Shown here piece by piece: positions 28,546 to 37,975 of a stretch of 45,439 nt of DNA. The stretch is from Pseudomonadota bacterium (GTDB lineage: Bacteria > Pseudomonadota > Gammaproteobacteria > Burkholderiales > JALYOK01). Position numbers and translations under genes: made by a program. Every line of letters starts with the position of its first letter. The stretch's first letter is position 1. The stretch lies in assembly GCA_031380185.1 (NCBI GenBank), contig JANNFT010000253.1, forward strand, positions 1 to 45,439. The letters run 5' to 3'. The notes under the pieces are model-generated. The model searched no databases. It saw only the letters and a list, made by a program, of their open reading frames with translations, and was not told where the DNA came from.

Positions 28546-29246
28546 TTTCCGCCCCCACGGCCTTGCAAAGTCGACAATAGAATGTTCATGCCCAGCGCCA
28601 AAAAGAGCAACACGGCGCCGAGCGCAATGCCCTGTGCGAATTCACCCTTGCTAGTTTCCAGGGCGATTGCAGTGGGAATATTGCGCGTGACGCCGGCAAT
28701 GTTACCGCCCACCATCATGGCGCAACCCACTTCGGAAATGACGCGACCGAAGCCGTTCAACACACTCGCAGTCACGCCGAAGCGGACTTCGCTCAACAAG
28801 GTCAGCGCCGCCTGCCATCGATTGGCGCCGAGGCTGAGCGCGGTTTCGCGAATGCGTAGATCGGCGCCCTGCACTGCCGCCAAAGTAAACGCAGCGAGCA
28901 CCGGGAAAGCGATCCAAGCCTGGCCAATGATCATGGCGTCCTGCGTAAACAGCAAATGAAAAGCGCCGAGCGGGCCGCGCCGGGTGAACAACAAATAGAG
29001 GATTAAACCCACGACGACGGTGGGAAACGACAACATGCTTTGCAGCAATACAATAAGTGTTCGACGCCCGCGAAAGCGGCCCGTGGCGAGCACGTAGCCA
29101 GTCCAAATCGCGAACGGCGTGGCGATCAGCAACGCAATAATCGTAACACGCAGCGAGATGAAAATTGTCCGCCACAGTTCCGCATCGCCGCTGACCAACA
29201 AGCTAAATGCCGCGGATACTGCGTCCCAAATCGTGTTGTCTGTCAA
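28542..29246 (-). CDS. tupB: ABC transporter permease (Tup-type)
   Basis: 234 aa with five or six TM helices and a BPD_transp_1-like layout. Same operon as the SBP and ATPase genes. Confidence 0.7.
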   Translation of the reverse strand: MTDNTIWDAVSAAFSLLVSGDAELWRTIFISLRVTIIALLIATPFAIWTGYVLATGRFRGRRTLIVLLQSMLSFPTVVVGLILYLLFTRRGPLGAFHLLFTQDAMIIGQAWIAFPVLAAFTLAAVQGADLRIRETALSLGANRWQAALTLLSEVRFGVTASVLNGFGRVISEVGCAMMVGGNIAGVTRNIPTAIALETSKGEFAQGIALGAVLLFLALGMNILLSTLQGRGGGK

Positions 29247-29309
29247 TGCCAGGGCAGCGACGCATTGTCGCTTTTAATTCGGCATATTCCACCCAGAGTG
29301 TGACCAGCC

Positions 29310-29385
29310 ATCGTCCCTTCTCCCCGAGGGAATAGGGAGCAATTCTCCTCTCCCTTGGGGAGAAGGATCACGGGTGAGGGCGGGC
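29310..29385. repeat. REP-like palindromic element inside the tupA-tupB spacer
   Basis: CCTTCTCCCC (29316-29325) pairs with GGGGAGAAGG (29357-29366), followed by GGGTGAGGGCGGG. This is the 'LGEG..GEG'-type repeat that produces spurious ORFs. Confidence 0.45.
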
Positions 29386-29423
29386 GGCTGATGTTTCCGA
29401 TGAGGGTCATACTTGCCGGGACA

Positions 29424-30233
29424 TCATTTTCGGATAGTGGCATTCGGAAAAAAAAGACGCTGGCCATCGACACGAAAATCGGCGATATGCGCCTGGCCTT
29501 GCGCTGACACAATCCAATCGACGAAGCGCTGCGCACCCACGAAATTTACCGTCGGATACTTTTTTGGATTCACCGCCATCACGGCGTACTGGTTAGAAAT
29601 CCTCGGCTCGCCGGTCACCAACAAATCCAAATCGAGTGCTTTTTTGTGTTTGGTGAAAGTACCGCGATCCGCGAGCCCATAGGCGCCGCGCTCATGGGCG
29701 ATGCGCAGAACTTCCGCCATCCCCGCGCCGGCGCGCATGTACCAATCGCCTTGCGGCTGCAATATTGCATCGCTCCAGATTTTTTGCTCCGCGCGATGCG
29801 TACCCGATTCATCGCCGCGCGAAACGAACGGAAATTTCCCCTCCAAAATTTTTCGAAATGCTAGTCTCGGATCGGTCAGGCCGCGAATTTTCGCCGGATC
29901 CTCGCGCGGGCCGACAATAACGAAATCGTTGTACATTACGTCAAAGCGTGCGACGCCGAAACCGTCGGCAATGAATTTTTCCTCGTCGATTACGCTATGA
30001 CTCAGAATTACGTCGACGTCGCCGTTGCGCCCGAATTTCAATACTTGTCCCGTGCCGCCCAGGGTCACGCGAACTTTATCGCCGGATTTTTTTTCATACG
30101 CCGGGATAAGCCAAGCGAGCAAACCAGAATCCTCTGTTGTTGTGGTCGTACCGAGTCGCAAGGTATCGGCAAACGCGCCGCCGTTTAAGTTGAGTAACGC
30201 GACGATCAATAAAACGATTCGTATGAGATACAT
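29424..30233 (-). CDS. tupA: periplasmic tungstate/molybdate-binding protein (TupA family)
   Basis: Signal peptide, then LGTTTTTEDSGLL, which matches the TupA TTTS..DSGL anion-binding signature. PBP fold. Confidence 0.7.
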   Translation of the reverse strand: MYLIRIVLLIVALLNLNGGAFADTLRLGTTTTTEDSGLLAWLIPAYEKKSGDKVRVTLGGTGQVLKFGRNGDVDVILSHSVIDEEKFIADGFGVARFDVMYNDFVIVGPREDPAKIRGLTDPRLAFRKILEGKFPFVSRGDESGTHRAEQKIWSDAILQPQGDWYMRAGAGMAEVLRIAHERGAYGLADRGTFTKHKKALDLDLLVTGEPRISNQYAVMAVNPKKYPTVNFVGAQRFVDWIVSAQGQAHIADFRVDGQRLFFPNATIRK

Positions 30234-30260
30234 GACGCCAGTTTTCTGCTAAAACCCATT

Positions 30261-30282
30261 CTACCCGATTGTTATATTCTTA
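30261..30282. promoter_or_regulatory. candidate ModE-type operator (Mo-box) upstream of tupA
   Basis: GTTATATT-cttagt-AACATAAC is an inverted repeat 28 nt upstream of the tupA ATG. As I recall it, the E. coli modA operator is CGTTATATTGTCGCCTACATAACG (TATAT-N7-TAYAT class), with the same half-sites and spacing. Confidence 0.45.
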
Positions 30283-30525
30283 GTAACATAACGCTCGACG
30301 GAATAATCGATCTAAAATCCGTAAATACAAGCTGCCGCAACGGCCTTCCGCCACCCATTATCCATGCGCCGTTCCGCGTGCATTGCGCCAAGACTAAGGC
30401 AGGACGGGGATGTTGCGCCACCATCATGTTGGTTTGTAATACGCCTGTCATATTGACACGGGCCAATAATTAGACCACTCTTCAATTCGAGGCTCCGCGA
30501 ATTTAAAGAACAACCCGGTAACAAC

Positions 30526-31518
30526 ATGGCAATGACGTCGACATTTCGCTCTATTTTTGCGTGCGTTTTAAGCGCCTATAGCGTTTTAACCATTGCCGAT
30601 CCGTCACCCGAAACCCTAGTAAAAATTCAGTCATCCACCTTCAAAATTAGCGCCGAACGTAATTCGGGAACCGTGCAAGCCGGATCGGCTGTGTTGGTCG
30701 CGCCAGATAAATTGATCACTAACTGTCACGTCCTAACTTGGGCCAAAAAAATCCTAGTGTTACGCGACGGCGAACACTGGCCTGCGAAACTAATAGCTGC
30801 GGATCGGGAGCATGACTTATGCCTGCTCTCGGCGCCTGGAATACCGTTTGCCCCGGCCACGACCGCTCAGCAATTGCAAATCGGCCAGGAAGTCCACGCC
30901 GCCGGCTTCCCGGGCGGTGGCAATTTCAGTGTGTCGTGCGGTTTGGTTCGGGCATTGCACGCCCTCGATTCCGCTGAAGTAATTCAAACCAATGCCAATT
31001 TTAATCCGGGCGCCAGTGGCGGCGGACTGTTTGACCGCGACGGCAACTTGGCCGGTATCCTCACCTTTCGCGCGGTTGGCGGCGGCGATTTTCACTTCGT
31101 CATGCCGGTGGCTTGGGTTGTGGCGCTCGTGGCGCGGTCCGATGCCGTCGATGTGGCAAAGAGTTTAGACATGGCCTTTTATCAGCGCGGTCAGGTTAAA
31201 CAACCGTTTTTCCTGCAGGCAGCCACTTTAGAATCGCGGCAGAATTGGACCGGACTTCTCGATCTGGCGCAGCGTTGGAACACGCAACAATCCGACAACG
31301 CCGAATCGTGGATGGCGATCGGCAAAGCCTGTGTCGCACTGAGCAAAAAAGAACAAGCCACCTCGGCGTTTCGCCAGGTGCTCTCGTTGAACGCGCAGCA
31401 TAGTCTTGGCAAATATTGGCTAAGCACGGTCGCGCCAATCGAAACGTGCGGCGAAGGCGCGAGTCCCTGCCCAATTGGCGATGATGTTCTCGCATTCATG
31501 GAACCTGTGTTGCCCTAA
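30526..31518 (+). CDS. secreted trypsin-like serine protease with C-terminal TPR-like region
   Basis: Signal peptide. Catalytic triad contexts are ITNCHV (His), EHDLCLL (Asp) and GASGGGLF (Ser). The C-terminal helical repeats resemble TPR (ESWMAIGKACVALSKKEQATSAFRQVLSLN). Confidence 0.8.
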   Translation: MAMTSTFRSIFACVLSAYSVLTIADPSPETLVKIQSSTFKISAERNSGTVQAGSAVLVAPDKLITNCHVLTWAKKILVLRDGEHWPAKLIAADREHDLCLLSAPGIPFAPATTAQQLQIGQEVHAAGFPGGGNFSVSCGLVRALHALDSAEVIQTNANFNPGASGGGLFDRDGNLAGILTFRAVGGGDFHFVMPVAWVVALVARSDAVDVAKSLDMAFYQRGQVKQPFFLQAATLESRQNWTGLLDLAQRWNTQQSDNAESWMAIGKACVALSKKEQATSAFRQVLSLNAQHSLGKYWLSTVAPIETCGEGASPCPIGDDVLAFMEPVLP

Positions 31519-31599
31519 TCGACACTAAGTAATCGTTGTTGTCTTTCGGCGCGTAAACCCTCAGCCGATTCTCAAAAGTCGTAACGATGGAATTGCACG

Positions 31600-32601
31600 A
31601 TGAATCCTAAGTGGACATTGCTCACGCTTTGCCTTTTCGCCCTGACAGCGAGAGCGGAGCTCGACAGAAAGTTGTACCAAAAAATTTGGCCAAGTATTGT
31701 TCGAGTTCACGCCGTCATGGAGCAAGGCAAAACGGCAACCGGCTCCGGCATCGTCGTCGCGCAAGACAAAGTCATTTCAAACTGCCACGTCACTCGCGAG
31801 GCGCGCGCTATCGACATCGTCGCCTGGAATTCGAAATGGAAAGTGAAGGAGCAGATCAAAGATATCGAACATGATTTATGCTTGCTGGTCGTCACCCGTG
31901 ACATAGGCAAACCAATCGAATTCGGCGATTCTGCGGCCATTAGCGTCGGGCAAGAAGTTATTGCGGCGGGCTATCCCGGTGGTGGCCGAATGGAAGTAAC
32001 CGATGGTCAAGTGCGCGGATTGCACAATTTAGACGGCGGCCGCGTGATCCAATCCTCCGCGGCGTTCGATTCCGGCGAAAGCGGCGGCGGCTTATTCGAT
32101 CGAGGCGGCAAGTTACTCGGCGTCATCACATTTAAGTCCCAGGCAGGCGGATCATTCTTCTTCGCCGTTCCGGCGACCTGGGTACAACGGTTAATGCAGG
32201 CACGCGCCGCAGAATTCGAAGGCGCAAAGAATACCGAGGCGTTTTGGGAACGTTTACCCGCTAGTCAGCCGCCGTTCATGCGCGCCATTGCTCACGAAGC
32301 GGTCAACGATTGGGAAGGACTCCTCCACTACGCCAACCAGTGGACCCAAGATGACTCCGCAAATCCCGAGTCATGGGTTGCGCTCGGCAAATCGTTGTAT
32401 CACCTCAAGCGTTTTTCCGACGCAGTCATCGTGCTAAATAAGGCAATCGAGTTCGCGCCCAACCATGCGCAAGCGTGGCTCTATATTGCTCGCGCCCATC
32501 GCGCTAGCGGCGACAAAAAAGCGCTCGACGAAGCGTTAGAACAATTGTCTCAATTGGATCCGGCCGCGGCAAAATCGATTACTCCGGAAAGCATCCGCTG
32601 A
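31600..32601 (+). CDS. secreted trypsin-like serine protease with C-terminal TPR repeats (paralogue of the preceding gene)
   Basis: Signal peptide. Catalytic contexts ISNCHV, EHDLCLL and GESGGGLF. Clearer TPR units (ESWVALGKSLYHLKRFSDAVIVLNKAIEFAPNHAQAWLYIARAH). Collinear similarity to 30526-31518 across the whole length. Confidence 0.8.
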   Translation: MNPKWTLLTLCLFALTARAELDRKLYQKIWPSIVRVHAVMEQGKTATGSGIVVAQDKVISNCHVTREARAIDIVAWNSKWKVKEQIKDIEHDLCLLVVTRDIGKPIEFGDSAAISVGQEVIAAGYPGGGRMEVTDGQVRGLHNLDGGRVIQSSAAFDSGESGGGLFDRGGKLLGVITFKSQAGGSFFFAVPATWVQRLMQARAAEFEGAKNTEAFWERLPASQPPFMRAIAHEAVNDWEGLLHYANQWTQDDSANPESWVALGKSLYHLKRFSDAVIVLNKAIEFAPNHAQAWLYIARAHRASGDKKALDEALEQLSQLDPAAAKSITPESIR

Positions 32602-32663
32602 ATGCCCGGACGCGCTGGGGGTTAGTTCAAGAGCCTCACCGGTATTGGCTCGTGGCGCGATTA

Positions 32664-33269
<606 letters not shown>

Positions 33270-33310
33270 CTATGTCAAGCGCGGCGCATGTTGAGTCGAG
33301 AATAGATTTC

Positions 33311-34918
33311 CTAAATCGCGATAAACTGGAACAATTCGAAATGTGTGGTTTGTTCCACCAGCCGCGTTGCGCGGATGCCATCGATGCGATCCTGATATTC
33401 CAATTTATATTCCATGCCTTCACGAAAAGTGTCTCGCGGCGCCAGAATTGTCGGCACTTGCCGCAACGCTTCCACGCCGGGCAACAGCAGCGCTTCGCGT
33501 TTGCGAACCAATGGGCCACTCGCCGCTTCGATCATAAGCGGAACACCACTTGGCGCGATTAATTGGATGCCAAGCTCGATTTCCTGTGCATCGTTCGACT
33601 GTACCCATCGCGCCGCGCCAACATTCCAAGAATCGTGTTCCGGCAACTTCACGCCGATAATTTCGCCGACGGCTACCAGCGGTTTGGAATCCGGCGTTTT
33701 TCGCAACGCCAGGCCGCTCGCGCTTTGGTTCAATATCTCACACTGATTGGTCAAATATTCCGGTCGCAATTCAGTATTCCATCCCTCTGCAACCGCCTTG
33801 AACGACATCGTTGCTGCAGCTTGCAGACGGGTGCGTTCGCGGCTTTGCGCTGGATCCGCTTGCAACGTTAGATAATGATTGACCGCTTTGATGCCGGCGC
33901 AAATCTCTGCGACTGCCACGGTCGGCTGACGATTGAAGGCGCGTTTTGGCGGCAAACTCCAAGCGCGCGACAGCCGACGCAATAGATCGCTCGCTTGGGC
34001 AGATGTGCCGACAAAAGGCAGCGCAAGGGACTTCAGCGCCACACCGCTATCGAGCTGCTGAATTAATTCGCTCAGCGTGAACGAGAGATTCGCCGTGCTG
34101 ATAACCTTGTCGATCGGCGCCGGGGTTATATTGGTCGACGCCGCTAGCGCTTTCGGCGCACGATCACTATCGCTTTGCACCAAAAATAATCCTGCGCCGG
34201 ACAGATCGGCTGAAAATGGCATAATGATCGCGCCGCCGCTAAAATGCGCGACAATGTTCGCGACCTTGTCGACTTCGCCCGGCATGAGTCGATACGGATC
34301 GGCCAGCGCGAGCAACAATGCTTGCTTATAGAGAACGCTGATCGGTGAGTTTTCCCCCGTTCGCCCGCTATCGATCGGCTGGTCGTGCAAGGCGTGAAAC
34401 TGGGCATAATGGTAAATCTGGTGAATTTCATGCCAGACGCCCGCCGGGGTGGGCGTGTAGGTCTTGTAGGAAAGCGTCAGAAGATCGGACAGCGCGTTCA
34501 TGGCGCGATGGAGTAAGATCGGTAACTGACGTTTTGCGCTGAACAATATTAGCTTGTTGGCTTTTTCCAACAAGATTATTTTGTAGCCGTAGGCAAATTC
34601 GATCAACAGATCGCGGCTAAGATTCGCCGCCTCGCGCGCCGTCTCGGTAAGCGGCAAGCGCACTTCGTTAAAATCAAACGACAGGGCCACGAGCACGGGG
34701 TAGAGTTTTCCGCCGTAGATTTCGAGCAGCTTAAAGCGCTCATCGTCATCCAGACGCACTCTATTGCTAGCGTAGATGGTGCTATACATCCCGCGCGCCG
34801 AATCCATCAGCGGCTGATCCACTAACGTGTCGAGCCACGCTTTGGCCTGTTTTGCGCGCATAACGTGCCCGCCCGAATCGGTCGGGTCGGCGGTCGGAAC
34901 AGAAAACTTAAAGGACAT
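33311..34918 (-). CDS. hypothetical protein with C-terminal PilZ-like domain
   Basis: 535-aa ORF. Residues ~323-460 carry RxxxR candidates (KRAFNR, RERTR), an NxSxxG motif (NQSASG) and a PilZ-like beta region (GEIIGVKL...GAARWVQSN...ELGIQLI). The N-terminal ~320 aa are helical with no recognised family. Confidence 0.7.
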   Translation of the reverse strand: MSFKFSVPTADPTDSGGHVMRAKQAKAWLDTLVDQPLMDSARGMYSTIYASNRVRLDDDERFKLLEIYGGKLYPVLVALSFDFNEVRLPLTETAREAANLSRDLLIEFAYGYKIILLEKANKLILFSAKRQLPILLHRAMNALSDLLTLSYKTYTPTPAGVWHEIHQIYHYAQFHALHDQPIDSGRTGENSPISVLYKQALLLALADPYRLMPGEVDKVANIVAHFSGGAIIMPFSADLSGAGLFLVQSDSDRAPKALAASTNITPAPIDKVISTANLSFTLSELIQQLDSGVALKSLALPFVGTSAQASDLLRRLSRAWSLPPKRAFNRQPTVAVAEICAGIKAVNHYLTLQADPAQSRERTRLQAAATMSFKAVAEGWNTELRPEYLTNQCEILNQSASGLALRKTPDSKPLVAVGEIIGVKLPEHDSWNVGAARWVQSNDAQEIELGIQLIAPSGVPLMIEAASGPLVRKREALLLPGVEALRQVPTILAPRDTFREGMEYKLEYQDRIDGIRATRLVEQTTHFELFQFIAI

Positions 34919-35006
34919 GTTCTCACTCAGAGCAGCTTAATTGCTAGAATTCTAAAGCAAAGTCACGGCCATTAGAACTATCTGTCGATAAATTAACGGA
35001 GTTTCT

Positions 35007-35522
35007 GTGATAAACCTCGCAACTGTTCGACACGATTCGAAGATTTTACTGAATCAACCATGCTTTATTTTTCTCAACGTCGTTTTGTTCGTGCTCTTGC
35101 AACTGTCGCTTTGCGCTCAAAGTTTCGCTGATGATTTTCGATTCGCGGACGCGACCGGCAAGATTCACAATCTGCAAGCCTACCAAGGCCGATGGGTGGT
35201 GGTGAATTTCTGGGCTACCTGGTGCCCACCGTGCTTGGAAGAAATTCCCGAATTCGCCGAGCTTTACACCGCGCGAAAAAACAAAGACTTGATGGTCCTC
35301 GGCATTGCCGTCGATATTGACGACAGAAAGCAGGTTTTTGGATTCGCCGAGAAACAAGGAATGAACTATCCTTTGGTTCTGGGCGACGAAACTGTGACTG
35401 CCCAGTTCGGTAAAATCATGGTATTGCCTACGACTTTTTTGTACGATCCCAACGGGAAAAAAGTGCTGCATCGGGTGGGTCCGTTGAACCGCGCGGATCT
35501 TGAAAAACTAATCGGTAAGTGA
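35007..35522 (+). CDS. TlpA/ResA-family periplasmic thiol:disulfide oxidoreductase
   Basis: Membrane anchor/signal, thioredoxin motif WATWCPPC, and a GTG start 5 nt after GGAG. Confidence 0.85.
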   Translation: MINLATVRHDSKILLNQPCFIFLNVVLFVLLQLSLCAQSFADDFRFADATGKIHNLQAYQGRWVVVNFWATWCPPCLEEIPEFAELYTARKNKDLMVLGIAVDIDDRKQVFGFAEKQGMNYPLVLGDETVTAQFGKIMVLPTTFLYDPNGKKVLHRVGPLNRADLEKLIGK

Positions 35523-35541
35523 ATAAACGGAGCATTTCGGT

Positions 35542-36036
35542 GTGAGTTCAAACAACAACAAAGTTGACCCCGAGCAGCTAAACGCCGCAAACCGTCGCGA
35601 TCGCGCCGAGCGCCGCAAAACTGATTTGAAAAGCATGCTTAACGCTTTTTTTTATTCGCGCCGACGCGAACGCCGCCGCGACGACGAGAGCGTGGTTTAT
35701 TACACCGATTGGTATAGCGTGCCCCTTTTCGTGCTGGCCGTCGGCATTGCTTTACTCTGTGTTGCCGATGCGTTCTTCACTCTCGAATTGATTTCCCGCG
35801 GTGGCTCCGAACTCAATCCATTTATGGCTTACTTGCTGGATAAGGGGCTGTATGTTTTTGTTGGCGTCAAGATGGCGCTGACGGTCGCAGCGGTCATACT
35901 GCTGATCTTGCATCAGCGCTTTGCGTTTTTTCTAAAAGTTCGCGCCGTGCATATTTTGCTGGCAACGTTCATCGGCTACACATCGCTTATCGCCTACGAA
36001 TTAACTTTGCTTGGCCCTTACAGTCTCTTCGATTAA
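35542..36036 (+). CDS. DUF5658-like small membrane protein
   Basis: Arg-rich N-terminus, three or four TM helices and a GGSELNPFM motif. GTG start 19 nt after the tlpA-like stop. Confidence 0.55.
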   Translation: MSSNNNKVDPEQLNAANRRDRAERRKTDLKSMLNAFFYSRRRERRRDDESVVYYTDWYSVPLFVLAVGIALLCVADAFFTLELISRGGSELNPFMAYLLDKGLYVFVGVKMALTVAAVILLILHQRFAFFLKVRAVHILLATFIGYTSLIAYELTLLGPYSLFD

Positions 36037-36168
36037 CATCGAGTCAGAGCGCTCGTGAACAATGGCGCCCGGCGCGGCATTCCCGGACGCAGTGGCGCCA
36101 GACTAGCCCCGCGCCTTGCCCCATGCCCAGCGCCGATCCCGCAAAGACGCAAAGGCATGGCGGCAAAA

Positions 36169-37239
36169 TCATCGCGGCGCTAATTTCCGCGTTTCTCCAT
36201 GCATCATCAGCGCTAACTTATCCGTCGGCGATTTAGCTTCGGCAAGCGCTGCGGCTAATAACTTCGGCGGATCGTACAGCGATTCATCGGTCAAATCATC
36301 GAACGTTCCCCAATGCACGCCGATCGCTTGCGTTGCATGTAAATCCTGAACCATTTGCAACGCTTCCGGAGGATTGGCGTGTTGCATTTTCATAAACCAG
36401 CGCGGTTCGTAGTGCCCGACCGGCACAGCGGCGAAATCAATTGCGCCGTAACGCCGGTAGATTTCGGCGAAGTCCTTTGAATAACCCGAGTCGGCGATAA
36501 AAATAAACTTGAAGCTTTTTTCGGACTGGACCAGCCAGCCGCCCCACAGCGCTTGATTGGTGTCCCACAGCGTGCGCTTGCTCCAATGCTGCATCGGTGT
36601 TAAGGCAAATTTAACGCCGAGTTCGCTGCGTTCATCCCACCAATCCATCTCGACGACATGGTCGATTTTGCGCGCGTTGAACCACCGTTTAAGGCCGAGC
36701 GGAACAAGGAACAGCGTTTTTCCGTTGCCGCGCTTATTGAGTTTGATAACGCTCGTAGCGTCGAGATGATCGTAATGATTGTGCGAAATTACGACGACAT
36801 CGATAGGCGGTAATTCATCAATGGTCAGCGCCGCTGGGACGACTCGCTTCGGCCCGGCAAAATCTACCGGCGATGCGCGCTCGGAAAAATGCGGATCGGT
36901 CAGGATGTTCACGCCTTGCAATTGCAACAGCAGCGTCGCGTGGCCGATCCAGGTCACGGTCGCATCGCTGCGATTGGCGTTGAGAAAAATCGTATCGGGC
37001 TTCAGCAGCGGAAATCGATAGCCGCCTTGCGGTTTCTTCGGCAAGCCGTTTCGCCACTGATCGCGCTTCCATTTCCAGAAACCGTCGGGATGTTCTACCG
37101 CGTAAAGATTACGAAAGCCGTCCGGCGTATGGTGACTACGCGACACATTGTAGTTAGGATTTTTTGAGACGCAGGCGCCGACGATCATTAGCGTCGCGAT
37201 GCCGAGCAGCGCGACTAGCCATACGATTTTTTTTGTCAT
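36169..37239 (-). CDS. MBL-fold metallo-hydrolase (NAPE-PLD-like), probable lipoprotein
   Basis: Has the HNHYDHLD zinc motif. The N-terminus MTKKIVWLVALLGIATLMIVGAC has a lipobox-like VGAC. It starts 10 nt after the stop of the exported msrA. Confidence 0.8.
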   Translation of the reverse strand: MTKKIVWLVALLGIATLMIVGACVSKNPNYNVSRSHHTPDGFRNLYAVEHPDGFWKWKRDQWRNGLPKKPQGGYRFPLLKPDTIFLNANRSDATVTWIGHATLLLQLQGVNILTDPHFSERASPVDFAGPKRVVPAALTIDELPPIDVVVISHNHYDHLDATSVIKLNKRGNGKTLFLVPLGLKRWFNARKIDHVVEMDWWDERSELGVKFALTPMQHWSKRTLWDTNQALWGGWLVQSEKSFKFIFIADSGYSKDFAEIYRRYGAIDFAAVPVGHYEPRWFMKMQHANPPEALQMVQDLHATQAIGVHWGTFDDLTDESLYDPPKLLAAALAEAKSPTDKLALMMHGETRKLAPR

Positions 37240-37249
37240 GTCCTCTCTA

Positions 37250-37861
37250 TCATTTTGGCGCTTCGCCCCATAATTCTTTCAGCCGCGCATCACGACCACA
37301 GTTGAAACGATAAAATTTATACTTCACCGGATTCTTCAGATAATAGTCCTGGTGATAATCCTCCGCGGGATAAAACGTACTCGCAGCGGTTATTTCGGTA
37401 ACGATATCGGCCTTGAAAGGCTTCGCTTTGAGCAGCGCGGATCGTGACGCTTCCGCTTGCTTTTTTTGTTCTTCGTTGTGAACAAAAATGCCGGTGCGAT
37501 ATTGCGATCCATGATCGCAGAATTGCTGATTTTTCACGGTCGGGTCGACGTTATGCCAATAGACATTGAGCAATTGCTCATAGGAAACCTTGGTCGGATC
37601 GTAAACGACCTGCACCACTTCGGCATGGCCAGTCTCGCCATCTGACACTTCTCGGTAGGTCGGGCTCAATTTTTTGCCACCGGTGTAACCCGACGTCGTG
37701 GAAAGAACGCCCGGCAATATATCGAACGGCGGCTCCATGCACCAAAAACAGCCGCCGGCAAAAGTTGCCTTGGCGGATTTCGCCGCATCGGCGGCGCTGC
37801 CTGGTTGTGCAACCATTGCGCCGAGCCAGATCAGCAAGCTAAATATCAGTTTCAGTTTCAT
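37250..37861 (-). CDS. msrA: peptide-methionine (S)-S-oxide reductase with Sec signal peptide (exported MsrA)
   Basis: Active site GGCFWCME. The ATG at 37861 is preceded by GAGGG at 8 nt and gives the signal peptide MKLKLIFSLLIWLGAMVAQPGSA/AD. The track start at 37894 is probably too long. Confidence 0.9.
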   Translation of the reverse strand: MKLKLIFSLLIWLGAMVAQPGSAADAAKSAKATFAGGCFWCMEPPFDILPGVLSTTSGYTGGKKLSPTYREVSDGETGHAEVVQVVYDPTKVSYEQLLNVYWHNVDPTVKNQQFCDHGSQYRTGIFVHNEEQKKQAEASRSALLKAKPFKADIVTEITAASTFYPAEDYHQDYYLKNPVKYKFYRFNCGRDARLKELWGEAPK

Positions 37862-37948
37862 AATTTTTACCCTCAATGACATTAATTTGTCCACCGTAAC
37901 CCTGGAACCTTACGCTCCCGAATGCCTAAGACCGCTCTCGAAACTACG

Positions 37949-37975
37949 ACGTTGCGTGTACTATACCCGCAACGT
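37949..37975. promoter_or_regulatory. perfect 8-bp inverted repeat in the msrA/DUF898 divergent intergenic region
   Basis: ACGTTGCG-N11-CGCAACGT. It could be an operator or an RNA hairpin; its function is unknown. Confidence 0.25.

Noticed and set aside
30283-30525. Possible Moco riboswitch in the ~290-bp region upstream of tupA
   Set aside because: I could not recognise the conserved Moco-RNA core on the minus strand. A ModE-type operator close to the ATG explains regulation better. An Infernal scan with the Moco RNA model would settle it.
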